41,379 bases of DNA from positions 129,038-170,416 of the forward strand of contig CAJINV010000023.1 of NCBI GenBank assembly GCA_905178155.1, in the 5' to 3' direction. A program made the translations under genes and the position numbers. The notes below the pieces were generated by a model. The model searched no databases. It had not been told where the DNA came from and saw nothing but the letters and a program-made list of their open reading frames with translations. This document shows, piece by piece, positions 21,852-31,845 of the stretch (position 1 is its first letter; each line of letters starts with the position of its first letter). The stretch comes from Amoebophrya sp. A120. Taxonomy: Eukaryota; Protista; Dinoflagellata.

Positions 21852-24800
21852 ATGCAGCTGAAAAGTTTTGCACTTCTGACCGCGGCCTACCTGGTGCCGA
21901 CCTGCGTTCTGTATCACACGTGCTCCTACCGCCGGGAGGAAGTGCAACTGCTGCGGGACGAGAAGCAAAACCCAAGGTTCCTGTTGTACCGAGTAATATC
22001 GTCCTCGGACGGCAAAAACAGTTTGTCTTTGTCACCAGCAGCTGCGCGTTCCGCCGCCACTAGGAAAAAAAGGAGACGCAAGGAGGATGTCAGCAAGGGC
22101 GTGCGAGTCCCTCAGGAGGAAGCGGCGGTCGCAAAAGGAGGCGACGCACCAGGCAGGACAACAACTGACGGCGAGGCAGTTTCGCATAGCCATAAACACG
22201 CAGTCGTCGAGCAAAAATCAGAACAACTAGACACGGAGTCAGCCCGCCGGCTTCTTCTCAAAGAAGCCGCCCGGGAGTTTTCTCAGCTGCGCGAAGTGTG
22301 GAGACCATTGGGCGAGGTACGAGAGTGCACAATCTGCCCTCGTTTGTACCCCTCAAATTAGAGGAGCATATCTACTAGCAAAACGAAGAAACAACTTGCA
22401 GAATGGAGCACTTGCAGGACAAATCCACGGTCGGACGACTTCAATGTGGTTTCCTTGGACATGATCCAGAACTTGTCATGCAAATACCGCCCAAGTGCCC
22501 AGACAGCATTTGGCGTTTTGCATGACAAAAACAGGGGAAGGAGCTTGTGTACTTCCATACGAAAGCCGCGAAGTGCCGAAAGCAGAGCTGGCAAAGACGG
22601 GGAGGCTATTATAAGTAAAAATGTCCCCGCCCCAGAGCTGTCTTCAGGCGGGTTTGCAATTAGTACAGGAACAGTTGTAATGCGCATTCCCATGAGCATG
22701 ATCGTGATGAGAAGCAAAAGCATAAGCATTTTCAGTTGTGTTTTGGAAAAGTTTGTAATTCTGTAAAAAGGATGAAGAGCCATTTTTGTGATCCGGCTGT
22801 GCTTGCTAAGCTGCACTGGAATCTCGAGAGAGGAACTTGTAATACGTAAACTCCCACCAAAACTTCTGCATTTTTTGTGTCGCAAAGTTACCAAGAAAAC
22901 TTTACTCTGCGCCGGGGATGGTTTTTCCCCAGGATAAGAGCTGGAACTTCTGCCCACCACGTCGCCCGCCCGGCTCGGGGCGATCCGTCAGCAAGCCGAA
23001 CAAGAAGACACGGTGCACTCCACCGCCTTATGGTGTTCTCAAACGTTACACTCTCACGTGTTACATGGATTTGTTACGCAAATATACCATCAAGATCCAC
23101 CCGATCAAGCTGCTTCGCATGACAAATTTGCGAAGGGCTAAACAGCCCCTAAATCTGTGTGGAATTTGTAATGCTAGATGCGCAACCTCCTCCCTTTAGC
23201 TTTTGCTTTTTGCGCATTACAAATTCGTGTAACAGTAGTTGAGAATGTAACAGTTGAGAATCCCATACGCCTACCTGGCGAAGTTTTCCAAGCGAGGACA
23301 GGCCTATCGCCGGCTCCTATACCACGAGGTAGTGGTCAAGCTGACCAAGCACCAGAGCACCGAGTTATGGGAGTCTCAAATCGGTTACCTTCTCAACTGT
23401 TACATGAATTTGTCATGCAAAATTGGCACCGACATCTAGTACATGATCAAGCTGCTTCGCATGACAAGTTCTCGATGCCGCGCTAGATAGAATTGCATTA
23501 ATCTGCTCCAAACCTGTAATGCAAAAGGCGCAACCTTCCCCCTTTCACTTATGCCATTCTTGCATTACAAATCCACCATGTAACAGCTGAGAATGTAACA
23601 CGACTTGAGAACTCGTCCATACGAGTATTCCTTAAATTGGAATCGCGTCTTCACGGCAGAAGACACCAAGCCAGAAAGCGGTTCACTGGACCAGCGCGAC
23701 AGAGATGCGGCACTTATCCAGTGCAAAAAAATCGTACTCGTATAGCGATCATGCATTACTTTAGGTAAATCAGCATTACAGATTGTATTCGTCATGCTGA
23801 AGAAATTTGTATATGCATTTGTACGAGGAGTGCGAGTGCGACACTTTTGCACTGGATAGCACTCCTGAGCCAGCAAATCTCGTCGTCCACTTCGAATATG
23901 CCCTGAAAATTAACCATCCCCATCCAATTTGTCATGCAAAGCACGCATAAAGTCCTTTGTTTGTCATGCAAAAAATCGATGGGGATGGGTATTAATTTTC
24001 ACGGAATATCGAACGCAGAAAGCGAAGAGCCTCCTCCTGCCCCCGCTTCCGCGGGCTCTATAAGTATATCCAAGAAAAAAACTGTGTTAGTGTGACTTTC
24101 TTGGAAGAATAGCATCACAAATTTGCTCTGCACGACAGAGAGAGCCTGTCATGCGCGCCTAGTACGTGAAAACACGTACGAAAAGAGCTTCTGATGCATG
24201 TCCAGCATGACAAGTGTAACTGTTTTGCACTTTCTGCATCACAGACTTACACTTACACAGTTTTTTTTTTGCATAAAGTAGGACGCCAGTGGAGTACTTT
24301 GTTCAGAGCAACGTCTTTGCGGTTGCGGATGAAAGCGTGCGGTATATCGCGAGGAGAAATCCCCCCTCTCCATATTGACAAGGTACGTTTTCGAAAATTT
24401 GCGTTGCTGATTTGTGACCGCAAATCGTCTCTGTGTTGCATGAAGGCAATTCCACAGACAGCCGCCGCATTCTACAGGCGGTTTGTCATGCTGTGGCTCC
24501 TACAGCGTAGAGGTCTGCCAAGCTAAGCGCATAGGCAAAAGTAAACCTGTCAGCTGAGGCTTGCTATGGGCCTGCAGTCCTCGCAAGCAAGACAACTTTG
24601 ATTCGTGCACACAAATCCAGCATCAGAAACTTCGTTTTGATACGGGGAGGGGGGGCTTTTCATTCTGATACAGTACATGTACGCGAACATGGCGATGGAC
24701 CTGCAGAAGCGGTGGTATGCACTGCAAAAGTATCGCACTCGTACTAATTGCAGTTATGCATATACAAATTTCTTTTTCAAGCCAAATGAGCATGACAAAT

Positions 24801-27800
24801 TCCATTTGTCATGCTGAGCTAATTTGTATTGCAATACTACGACTAGGACTACGATACTTTTGCAGTGCATAGGCGGAAGGCAAAGGTGAAAGTGAGCAAC
24901 CTGGACACGGCCCGGATGACGCTCTGTCCCTACTTGAAACTGTATCCTGTGCAAAAGTACCGCAAGTCGTCTTGCAGTCATGCATTACAAGTCTTTTTCT
25001 TAAGCTAAATCCGCATTACAAATTTTCTTTCTCATGCTGAGGCAATTTGTCATGCATTTACACGCGTGCGATACTTCTTTTGCAATTCATAAACTGGCTG
25101 CGGCATTGAGAAGTAGCGGAGGACGTAGTGGATCTGCAGGAGCATCACCGCCTTCACCCGCCGCCCCATCAGCAACGGCTCTTTCCTCCTCGGAGGACAT
25201 AAAGCCTCTTCCTCCTGCTGCTGTCGTGAGTGACTTTGAGGCCGAACGGGAAGAGATCGAGAGGCTGGCGCGAATCGTTTTGCAGGACGGGAAATCGCAA
25301 GGAGACGAGGCTTATGCGTCGCAAATATGTCTGGGTCTGGAAACATGTAAACTTCTGATGCGCATTTGAGAGCAGAAAAAAATCTGTCATGCATGGACCG
25401 CAAAAGTTGCTCATTTCTTGTCACCCAAAGAGGGAACTTGTCATGCGGATTACTTGGGCCTCGCCTAACCTGCTCAAAACCTGTGTTGCTAGGACTTGCA
25501 TGCTAGACCTTCCGTGTCATGCACAAACAGCATCGCACTCATTCAGACCCAGACATATTTGCATTTGATAAGGCTTCTAATATCAAGAGGACTTCATCTT
25601 CTGGAGGCTCCACGAACATCAAAATGCACGCCGCCTCTGCTCCACCCCCCTCGGTATCATCTGCAAAAGCATCGCGCCGCTCATAGAAGTACTTGACTGC
25701 ATGACAGAGCTGACTTCTTAGTAAATTTGGCACGACAAGTTCCACTTGTCGTGGTGCTGAGATGAAAATTTGTATTGCAATAATTTCTTCCGCTTCTATT
25801 TCTATACCGCGATCATGCTTTTGCAAGGCATAGTCGGTCTCGGTGAACAGGGCCAAATCTGCGGGCTGCCTCTGGGTCACGGTTTGTGGTCACTTTCGCT
25901 CCTTCCTGTTTAACGCGTGGAACCTGAAGTCTTTTTTCGAGCTAGCGAACACCAACATGCACTGCGTGTATTTCTCCGTCGTCGTGCGGTCCGACGCGGA
26001 AGCGCCCGGCAAGGTGTGGTGGGGCAATCGGGGCGCGGAAAAAATGAATCAACTGTTTGACGTGACCGTGTGGCTCCAGAGGATCCAGAACGCCGTATTA
26101 TGGATTGCAAATATGTCTGGGTCTGAAAGGTTGGAACTTGTAATGCTGTCTCTAGATTCCAAAAAAATCTGTATTACATGAGCAGCAAGAGGAGTCAGCT
26201 CTTGGCACGCAGAGAGGGCATTTCTCATGCATAATTAGCATCAAGAAGCTCTCAAAAAATCTGTGATGCTAGCACCAGCATCACAGACCTCACGGGTCAT
26301 GCAAAATGTGCATAACAAGACCCAGCTCTTCCACACCCAGACATTTTTGCAGTTGATACGTATTTTCCAACACCAATTTCTTCTACGTTGTCGTCGACCT
26401 CGAGAATCTATCCTGTGCAAAAGTATCGTACTCGTACGAATTGCAATTAAGCATGACAAGTCTTGTCCTGAAGGTAAAACAGCATGACAAATTCCATTTG
26501 TCGAGCTGAGGTAATTTGTAATGCAATTACTACTAGTACAATGCTTTTGCAATTCATAGAATCCGACCGTCCGGTCCCAAGACGGCGAACACGTTAGCTA
26601 CCTGGTGGCCAAGCGACTGCGAAAATTCCACGACACGTTTGCCCACGTCCTCGCGAAGATGACAGTGACAGGAGGAACCGGAACGCCTCGTGCTGGTAGA
26701 AGTGCCGAAGACAGCACCAAGACGCGTCAAAATCAAAATGAAGTGGATCCTGCTCATCATGATGATCTTCAAGAAGACCGCTCGTTTCCCGACCTGTACC
26801 AGCAAACGCACCTGATCACGAACGGCAAGAAGTCTTTCTACATTCTCGGAGAGAATGCGGATAGCCGACAGGAAAAATTACGGTTGAAAGTTTTCGACAC
26901 TGTGAAGCAAGAGTACGAAAGTTTCGTGAAACTCCAGAAGGGCGCCGACAACTACAACCACTACCTCCGTACCGGAGATGAAAATAGCCGGGTACTGCAC
27001 CGACGAAACGCGGACGGGAGCAGAACGGTTCGGAAGGATAGAAGCGTCGGTGGTGCTGGAGCGGGACAAAGTCAAAGTAGTAGTGGTGGAGACCACTATG
27101 ACGGCACAGTGGAAGATCTTGCTGGTGATCCGCTGCTGTTCCCAACGGACACACCGTTCGAGCACTCGCTGTATGCAATGCAAAAGCATCGTACTAGTAT
27201 GAATTGCATATACAAAATAGCCCAGCATTACAAATTCAATTTGTAATGCTCATTTACCTTGGAAAAAAGATTTGTAATGCATAAATGCAATTTTTTACTA
27301 CGAGTGCGATACTTTTGCACAGGATACGCTGGAACGATGGCTCCCCGGTCCGTTCCCGCCCGACTGGCCGGTCTCGGCGAGCAGAACCTTCGGCGACTCC
27401 TCAGTGGAGCACGTCTTCTTGCTATCGCAAGAAAAAAGTGTTACAGTTACACACTTGTTGGAGTTTCTGCAGCACAAAGTTGCTCGACATGGCCAAGAAA
27501 ACCTGTGATGCAGCCCACCAGACTATGTATAAGGCAAAACACGAATGAAATGAGGTTAGCAAGCATTTCCTGCATGACAGAGGTTGTCTGTCTTGCTTGT
27601 CTCCCATCAGAATGTGTAACTGTAACACTTTTTTCTCACGATACTTGCGCACGCGCCCCGATCTGGTCTACGACTTATGGCGTTCTCAACTGTTACATTC
27701 TCCACTGTTACATGTTGAATTCGTGATGCAAGAATGGGAAGAGTGAAAGGGGGAAGGTTGCACCTGTAGCATTACAAATTCCACCGCGCAGTTATTTTAG

Positions 27801-30800
27801 GCGCGGCTGATACCATTCGCAAACTTGTCATGCGGAGCAGCTTGATCGTGAGGATGATGGTGGCGCTTTTGCATGACAAATTCATGTAAATACGGTTGAG
27901 AGTGTAACGATTGAGAACCCCATACGACTCACAAATTGATTGGGGGCAGGTCTTCCTGGCGGCCCAGGTCACACGGCGCAAATGGTTCCTGCAGCGAGCC
28001 CAGCAACTGGAACAACTGCAGGACGAAGCAGAGGAGCGACACGCAGTTGCGGAGAGCAGCGGAAGTGGCACAGCTGCAAGTAGCACAGGTGCAACTTCGT
28101 CCCTCACCGCAGAAGCAGCTGCCGGCTTAAAGGCGGACTTAGAGTCCCCGCGGGCACTGCAAACCGGTCTGCGCGCTTTGCTGCGGAAGAGGCTGCAAAG
28201 CTTCCACCCAAATGTCCTCCTGGGCTGGGTGGCGCTGCATCAGGAGGCCGCGCTCACCATGAACGACCCCAATGAAATATTCTACTTCGGTACCGAGGCC
28301 CTGATGGACATCGCAAACAGCATCTGCCTCGACCACGGTGCATTCAACGGGCGGTGGCCTTTGGTCATAGTGCCGAACACGCTTCTCGGGATCATCCCTG
28401 GTCGCAAAATGTCCCTCGTCGCGCCGGGAGACGAAACTGCAACGGGCAGTATGTTGAGCAAGCACAAGCAGGGGAGCACAAGCACTTTCATCGCCGCTCC
28501 TACTTTATCTTCTTTGTCCAAAAAGACCGAAATAAGAACCTCTTCCGCGGTCGGGGGCACGACGTCGAGTGCGTCTGCGAATGGTGCGAAAATTCTGTCC
28601 GCGACAGAGCGAGAAGAAGCAGAGTTTTTTCAACGCCACAAGATCGAAGCGGACGAAAATATGCCCAAGATGGGGCTCGAGCTCATTGGCCTGTGGAATG
28701 CCGCCAAGGGGGCCATGGAAACGAAAATGCAGTCCGCGGAGGTATCAACTGCAAACACGTCTGGGTCTGGAAAGGTTGAACCTGTATTGCGTGTTTCGCA
28801 TATCTATGGAAATCTGTATTGCATAAGCAGCAAAAAATGATAAAGCAACACACTTGCGGCATGCAAAAGCACAATTTGTAATGCGTTCTGTGCATGAGAA
28901 AGCGTTTGAAAAAAAAATTGTAATGCTGCACTGCACTTAAAGGCACAGCCAATCATGACCACTCAGCATTTCAAGTTTCAGACCCAGACTGACATACTTG
29001 CACTTGATAGGAGGATGACTTTTACCAGAGTGACCTAGTCGCGAAGCTGTTGGAGTATGCTGTTCCATATCGTGTGCAAAAGTATCGTACTCGTATTGCA
29101 ATCATGCATTACAAATCATCTTGCCAAGGCAAATCAGCATTACAAATGTTATTTCTCATGCTCAGGAAATTTGTAAATGCATTTATACGAGTGCGATACT
29201 TTTGCAATGCATACTCCAGCTACTTCTTCGGACGGAACGAGGAAAGTGTCGGCATTGCAGAAACTCTTACAGGAGGAAAAACGACAGGCACGGTCACAGA
29301 ACCAAGCAACTAGTCCAGTACGCATTGCAAAAGTAGTTAGTAGTACCGGTGGAATTGTGTTCATGATTAGATAGGAGTTGTAGCTGCACTAGGATCGAAG
29401 CGAAGCTGGCATAAATACAATTCTTGGCAAGGAAAAAATGTGAATTTGCAATGCTGAGTGAAAAAGGCAAAGTATGAAGCCAGATCTTCCTCTGTATCTG
29501 AAATTTAAATGTGACCACACCTCAAGAACAATTCCACTTCAAACGCGATTCACTTTTGCACAGCATAACCATCAAACGTCGTGCACAGCGATGTAATGAA
29601 ATCGGGTCAGCTGCTCCTCACCGCGGTGCGGCGGTTTTTTCAGAAATTTTTCGCTATCTATTGTGAGGCAAAATCCCCAATCCCCATATCGAACAGGCGT
29701 GCTTTTCAAAATTTGTGATGCTGATTTGTGGCCACAGGCACAGCTCAAGTCTGTCTTGCAAGAGAACAAAGCCAGGGCTTCCGCTGCATTTCGCAGGCGA
29801 TTTGTAGTAAGGCTGCTATGCTACTAGGGCAGACGTCTGCCGTGCTAATTACCTACCCCAAGCCACCCCGACCCCTTTCCGGGCTTTGTATCTGTCTGCA
29901 GTCCTCCACCGCAAGACAAATCCGATCTGTGTACGCAAATCCTGCGTCACAGATTTCCATTTCGATATGGAGAGGGGCGATTTTTCCATTTAATACTATC
30001 GGCGCCGTCTACATGCTGCCCGGAACGCAGAGTGGGGTTCAAAACCGGGTGAGGCTATCCTGCGCGCGTTTGCTAAACGGCAACCACCAGTGCGCCGTTG
30101 GTTGCATGATCCCCGGCCAGGCGCAGGCGTCGGGCGCCAGCAACCTGAGTCACAACTTCGGGCTCTTCTACGACCTCATACAGACGACACAGCCGTCGTC
30201 TGGCTCCCGGGATCAACATCATGAGGAAGCGCATTACAATATCCTGAGTAAAAACGTACCCACAGCAGAGTCAAGATGGAAAATCTGCTAGACAAATCGG
30301 CCAACTTTGCTTGTTTCGCATGACAAATTTGGACGCGTAGTGTAGTGCTGTTTGAGCTAGTTAAGCAGCATTACAGATCTAGTCTCTCATGCTGATTGGA
30401 GCATGACAAATTTCAAAACACCCTTAGAAAATGCTTCTCATGGGGCTCCGCATGACAAACATTTTAAGCATGCAGATTTGCATGACAACTATGGTGTGGG
30501 TACGTTTTTACTCAGGATATACAAATACAAATTCGAGTTTCCGCTAGTTGACGTCACGATAGGGTCGACCATGTGGACGCGGCAGAAGGTATGACAGTGC
30601 ACAACTCCCCCTCCCCCTCATTTGTATTGCATCCACAGCAACACAAGCATCAGCAAGCATGCCGGTTCTGCATGACAGATTTGTATTGGAGTATAGTGCT
30701 ATTTGGGCTACCAGAACTTGTCATGCAAACAGTGCCAGGAGGCAATGGCTGAATTAGGTATTTTGCGTGACAAAGAGGGGGAGGGGGAGTTGTGCACTGT

Positions 30801-30859
30801 CATAGAAGGAGCCCATGGGCAACCCCGCGAACGGCAATGTGTTTCAGCTGGTGGGGTGA
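21852..30859 (+). CDS. Putative glycosyltransferase-like membrane-anchored/secreted protein, 1254 aa, 24 exons
   Basis: Exons (left TSD kept): 21852-22317, 22565-22606, 22942-23028, 23273-23365, 23627-23714, 23864-23896, 24014-24066, 24281-24344, 24676-24715, 24877-24942, 25097-25312, 25576-25654, 25838-26098, 26364-26408, 26564-27171, 27332-27422, 27649-27675, 27930-28742, 29015-29067, 29219-29318, 29573-29658, 30001-30239, 30525-30589, 30810-30859 = 3765 nt, open to TGA. N-terminal hydrophobic segment; motifs VTVCGHFRSF, FLRTRPDL, NDPNEIFYFG recall uncharacterised GT-A-like proteins (function is inference). Confidence 0.85.
22318..22559. mobile_element. Introner 1 (family J, degenerate), 242 bp
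   Basis: TACGAGAGTGCACAA...TTGTGTACTTCCATA; TSD CGAGG/CGAAA; interior resembles introner 23. Confidence 0.72.
22607..22936. mobile_element. Introner 2 (family B, degenerate), 330 bp
   Basis: TATTATAAGTAAAAATGTCCCCG...CGGGGATGGTTTTTCCCCAGGATA; TSD GAGGC/AGAGC. Confidence 0.7.
23029..23267. mobile_element. Introner 3 (family C), 239 bp
   Basis: TATGGTGTTCTCAA...TTGAGAATCCCATA; perfect TSD CGCCT. Confidence 0.93.
23366..23621. mobile_element. Introner 4 (family C), 256 bp
   Basis: TATGGGAGTCTCAA...TTGAGAACTCGTCCATA; perfect TSD CGAGT. Confidence 0.93.
23715..23858. mobile_element. Introner 5 (family D), 144 bp
   Basis: TATCCAGTGCAAAA...TTTTGCACTGGATA; perfect TSD GCACT. Confidence 0.94.
23897..24008. 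mobile_element. Introner 6 (family E), 112 bp
   Basis: TATGCCCTGAAAATTAA..CCATCCCCATC / GATGGGGATGG..TTAATTTTCACGGAATA; perfect TSD TCGAA. Confidence 0.93.
24067..24275. mobile_element. Introner 7 (family F-like), 209 bp
   Basis: TATCCAAGAAAAAAACTGTGT...ACACAGTTTTTTTTTTGCATA; perfect TSD AAGTA. Confidence 0.92.
24345..24670. mobile_element. Introner 8 (family G), 326 bp
   Basis: TATCGCGAGGAGAAATCCCCCCTC...GAGGGGGGGCTTTTCATTCTGATA; TSD CGGTA/CAGTA. Confidence 0.9.
24716..24871. mobile_element. Introner 9 (family D), 156 bp
   Basis: Perfect 20-bp TIR TATGCACTGCAAAAGTATCG; TSD GGTGG/GGCGG. Confidence 0.93.
24943..25091. mobile_element. Introner 10 (family D), 149 bp
   Basis: TATCCTGTGCAAAAG...TTTTGCAATTCATA; perfect TSD AACTG. 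Confidence 0.93.
25313..25570. mobile_element. Introner 11 (family A), 258 bp
   Basis: TATGCGTCGCAAATATGTCTGGGTCTG...CAGACCCAGACATATTTGCATTTGATA; perfect TSD AGGCT. Confidence 0.94.
25655..25832. mobile_element. Introner 12 (family D), 178 bp
   Basis: TATCATCTGCAAAAGCAT...ATGCTTTTGCAAGGCATA; TSD CTCGG/GTCGG. Confidence 0.9.
26099..26358. mobile_element. Introner 13 (family A), 260 bp
   Basis: TATGGATTGCAAATATGTCTGGGT...ACCCAGACATTTTTGCAGTTGATA; perfect TSD CGTAT. Confidence 0.94.
26409..26558. mobile_element. Introner 14 (family D), 150 bp
   Basis: TATCCTGTGCAAAAGTAT...ATGCTTTTGCAATTCATA; perfect TSD GAATC. Confidence 0.93.
27172..27326. mobile_element. Introner 15 (family D, inverted relative to 19), 155 bp
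   Basis: TATGCAATGCAAAAGCATCG...CGATACTTTTGCACAGGATA; perfect TSD CGCTG. Confidence 0.93.
27423..27643. mobile_element. Introner 16 (family F), 221 bp
   Basis: TATCGCAAGAAAAAAGTGTTACAGTTACAC...GTGTAACTGTAACACTTTTTTCTCACGATA; perfect TSD CTTGC. Confidence 0.95.
27676..27924. mobile_element. Introner 17 (family C, inverted relative to 3 and 4), 249 bp
   Basis: TATGGCGTTCTCAA...TTGAGAACCCCATA; perfect TSD CGACT. Confidence 0.94.
28743..29009. mobile_element. Introner 18 (family A), 267 bp
   Basis: TATCAACTGCAAACACGTCTGGGTCTG...CAGACCCAGAC..TTGCACTTGATA; perfect TSD GGAGG (GT-AG compatible). Confidence 0.93.
29068..29213. mobile_element. Introner 19 (family D), 146 bp
   Basis: TATCGTGTGCAAAAGTATCG...CGATACTTTTGCAATGCATA; TSD TTCCA/CTCCA. 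Confidence 0.92.
29319..29567. mobile_element. Introner 20 (family D-like, degenerate), 249 bp
   Basis: TACGCATTGCAAAAGT...ACTTTTGCACAGCATA; TSD TCCAG/ACCAT. Confidence 0.8.
29659..29995. mobile_element. Introner 21 (family G), 337 bp
   Basis: TATTGTGAGGCAAAATC...GATTTTTCCATTTAATA; perfect TSD CTATC. Confidence 0.92.
30240..30519. mobile_element. Introner 22 (family B), 280 bp
   Basis: Perfect TIR TATCCTGAGTAAAAACGTACCCACA; perfect TSD TACAA. Confidence 0.96.
30590..30804. mobile_element. Introner 23 (family J), 215 bp
   Basis: Perfect TIR TATGACAGTGCACAACTCCCCCTCCCCCTC; perfect TSD GAAGG (GT-AG compatible). Confidence 0.96.
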
Positions 30860-31845
30860 AGTTGCAGTTGCTCAGACGTGGTATTCGGAGCACTACTTCG
30901 GAATAATATGCAGGTTCTTCCGGGTAGTACATCCATGTGGTCGTCGTCGATTTCGTGCTGCGGAAATAAGTTCTTCGTCGATATGGACCACCAACATTTC
31001 CGTCGTTTATGTAAGTAGCAAGCTCTAGTAGATCTACGTTCTTCTTTTTCATCTTCTCTCCTTTGCGGACGCCAGCGCGGACGTGGAAGTTGTGGTATGC
31101 AAAATGCGCAACCGCATCCAGCTAACTCGTACGCAACTGTACTGCAATTATACTGAAGTGGTTGTAGTTCATGTGCTTATGCATACGCATCGTTCTTCAA
31201 TTTGAATCATGTTCTGCACACGGCGCACAACGTTTCCTGCATCCTGACTACATGATACGTCTATCTTCAAAACGAACGTGACAGCACTAAAGCGGCTGCG
31301 TGATATGAGGATAAAAAATAATGCCTGCTAGCTAATATGACGCTGGCTCTTGCGGTTCGAACCAGATGCGGACTGGTTGCTCAATTGCAATGTGTTTTCT
31401 TCATCTGTCTGTAATTAATACTACAAGAAAGGCTCGAGCTCGACACACGCGCGGAGCCGGAGTTGCTTTGCATAAAGACAAGAAAAGCATCGCAGCTCTC
31501 CTTGTTGATCACAATTGCAACTTTTTCCGGTCCACCTCCAAGCGACTTTTTTATTTTTTTCTTGCTTTCGAAGACGCAATGGATCACGATCACCAGGACA
31601 GCCTCGTCCTTGCAGCTGGATCTGCTCCTGCTTAGCAAACTTGATTAGCTTGCAGAATTATCGCAACCGTCATATTTATAAAGACGAAAAAACCTAGCGC
31701 TACTTCATCCTTCGTTTGCCATCTACTTTTTTGTTGGATATTTCCAGGGCGATGGCGCCACAAAAATTTTCATAAAGCACCAAGGCTAGAGCCGGCGACA
31801 AGAAGAGGCAGATAGTACTTTCTTCACCTTGCGCAACTTCACCTC

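Noticed and set aside
22317-22361. 45-nt canonical GT-AG intron
   Set aside because: The GT lies at the left end of introner 1, whose matching right end is at 22559; the sequence after 22361 is element interior.
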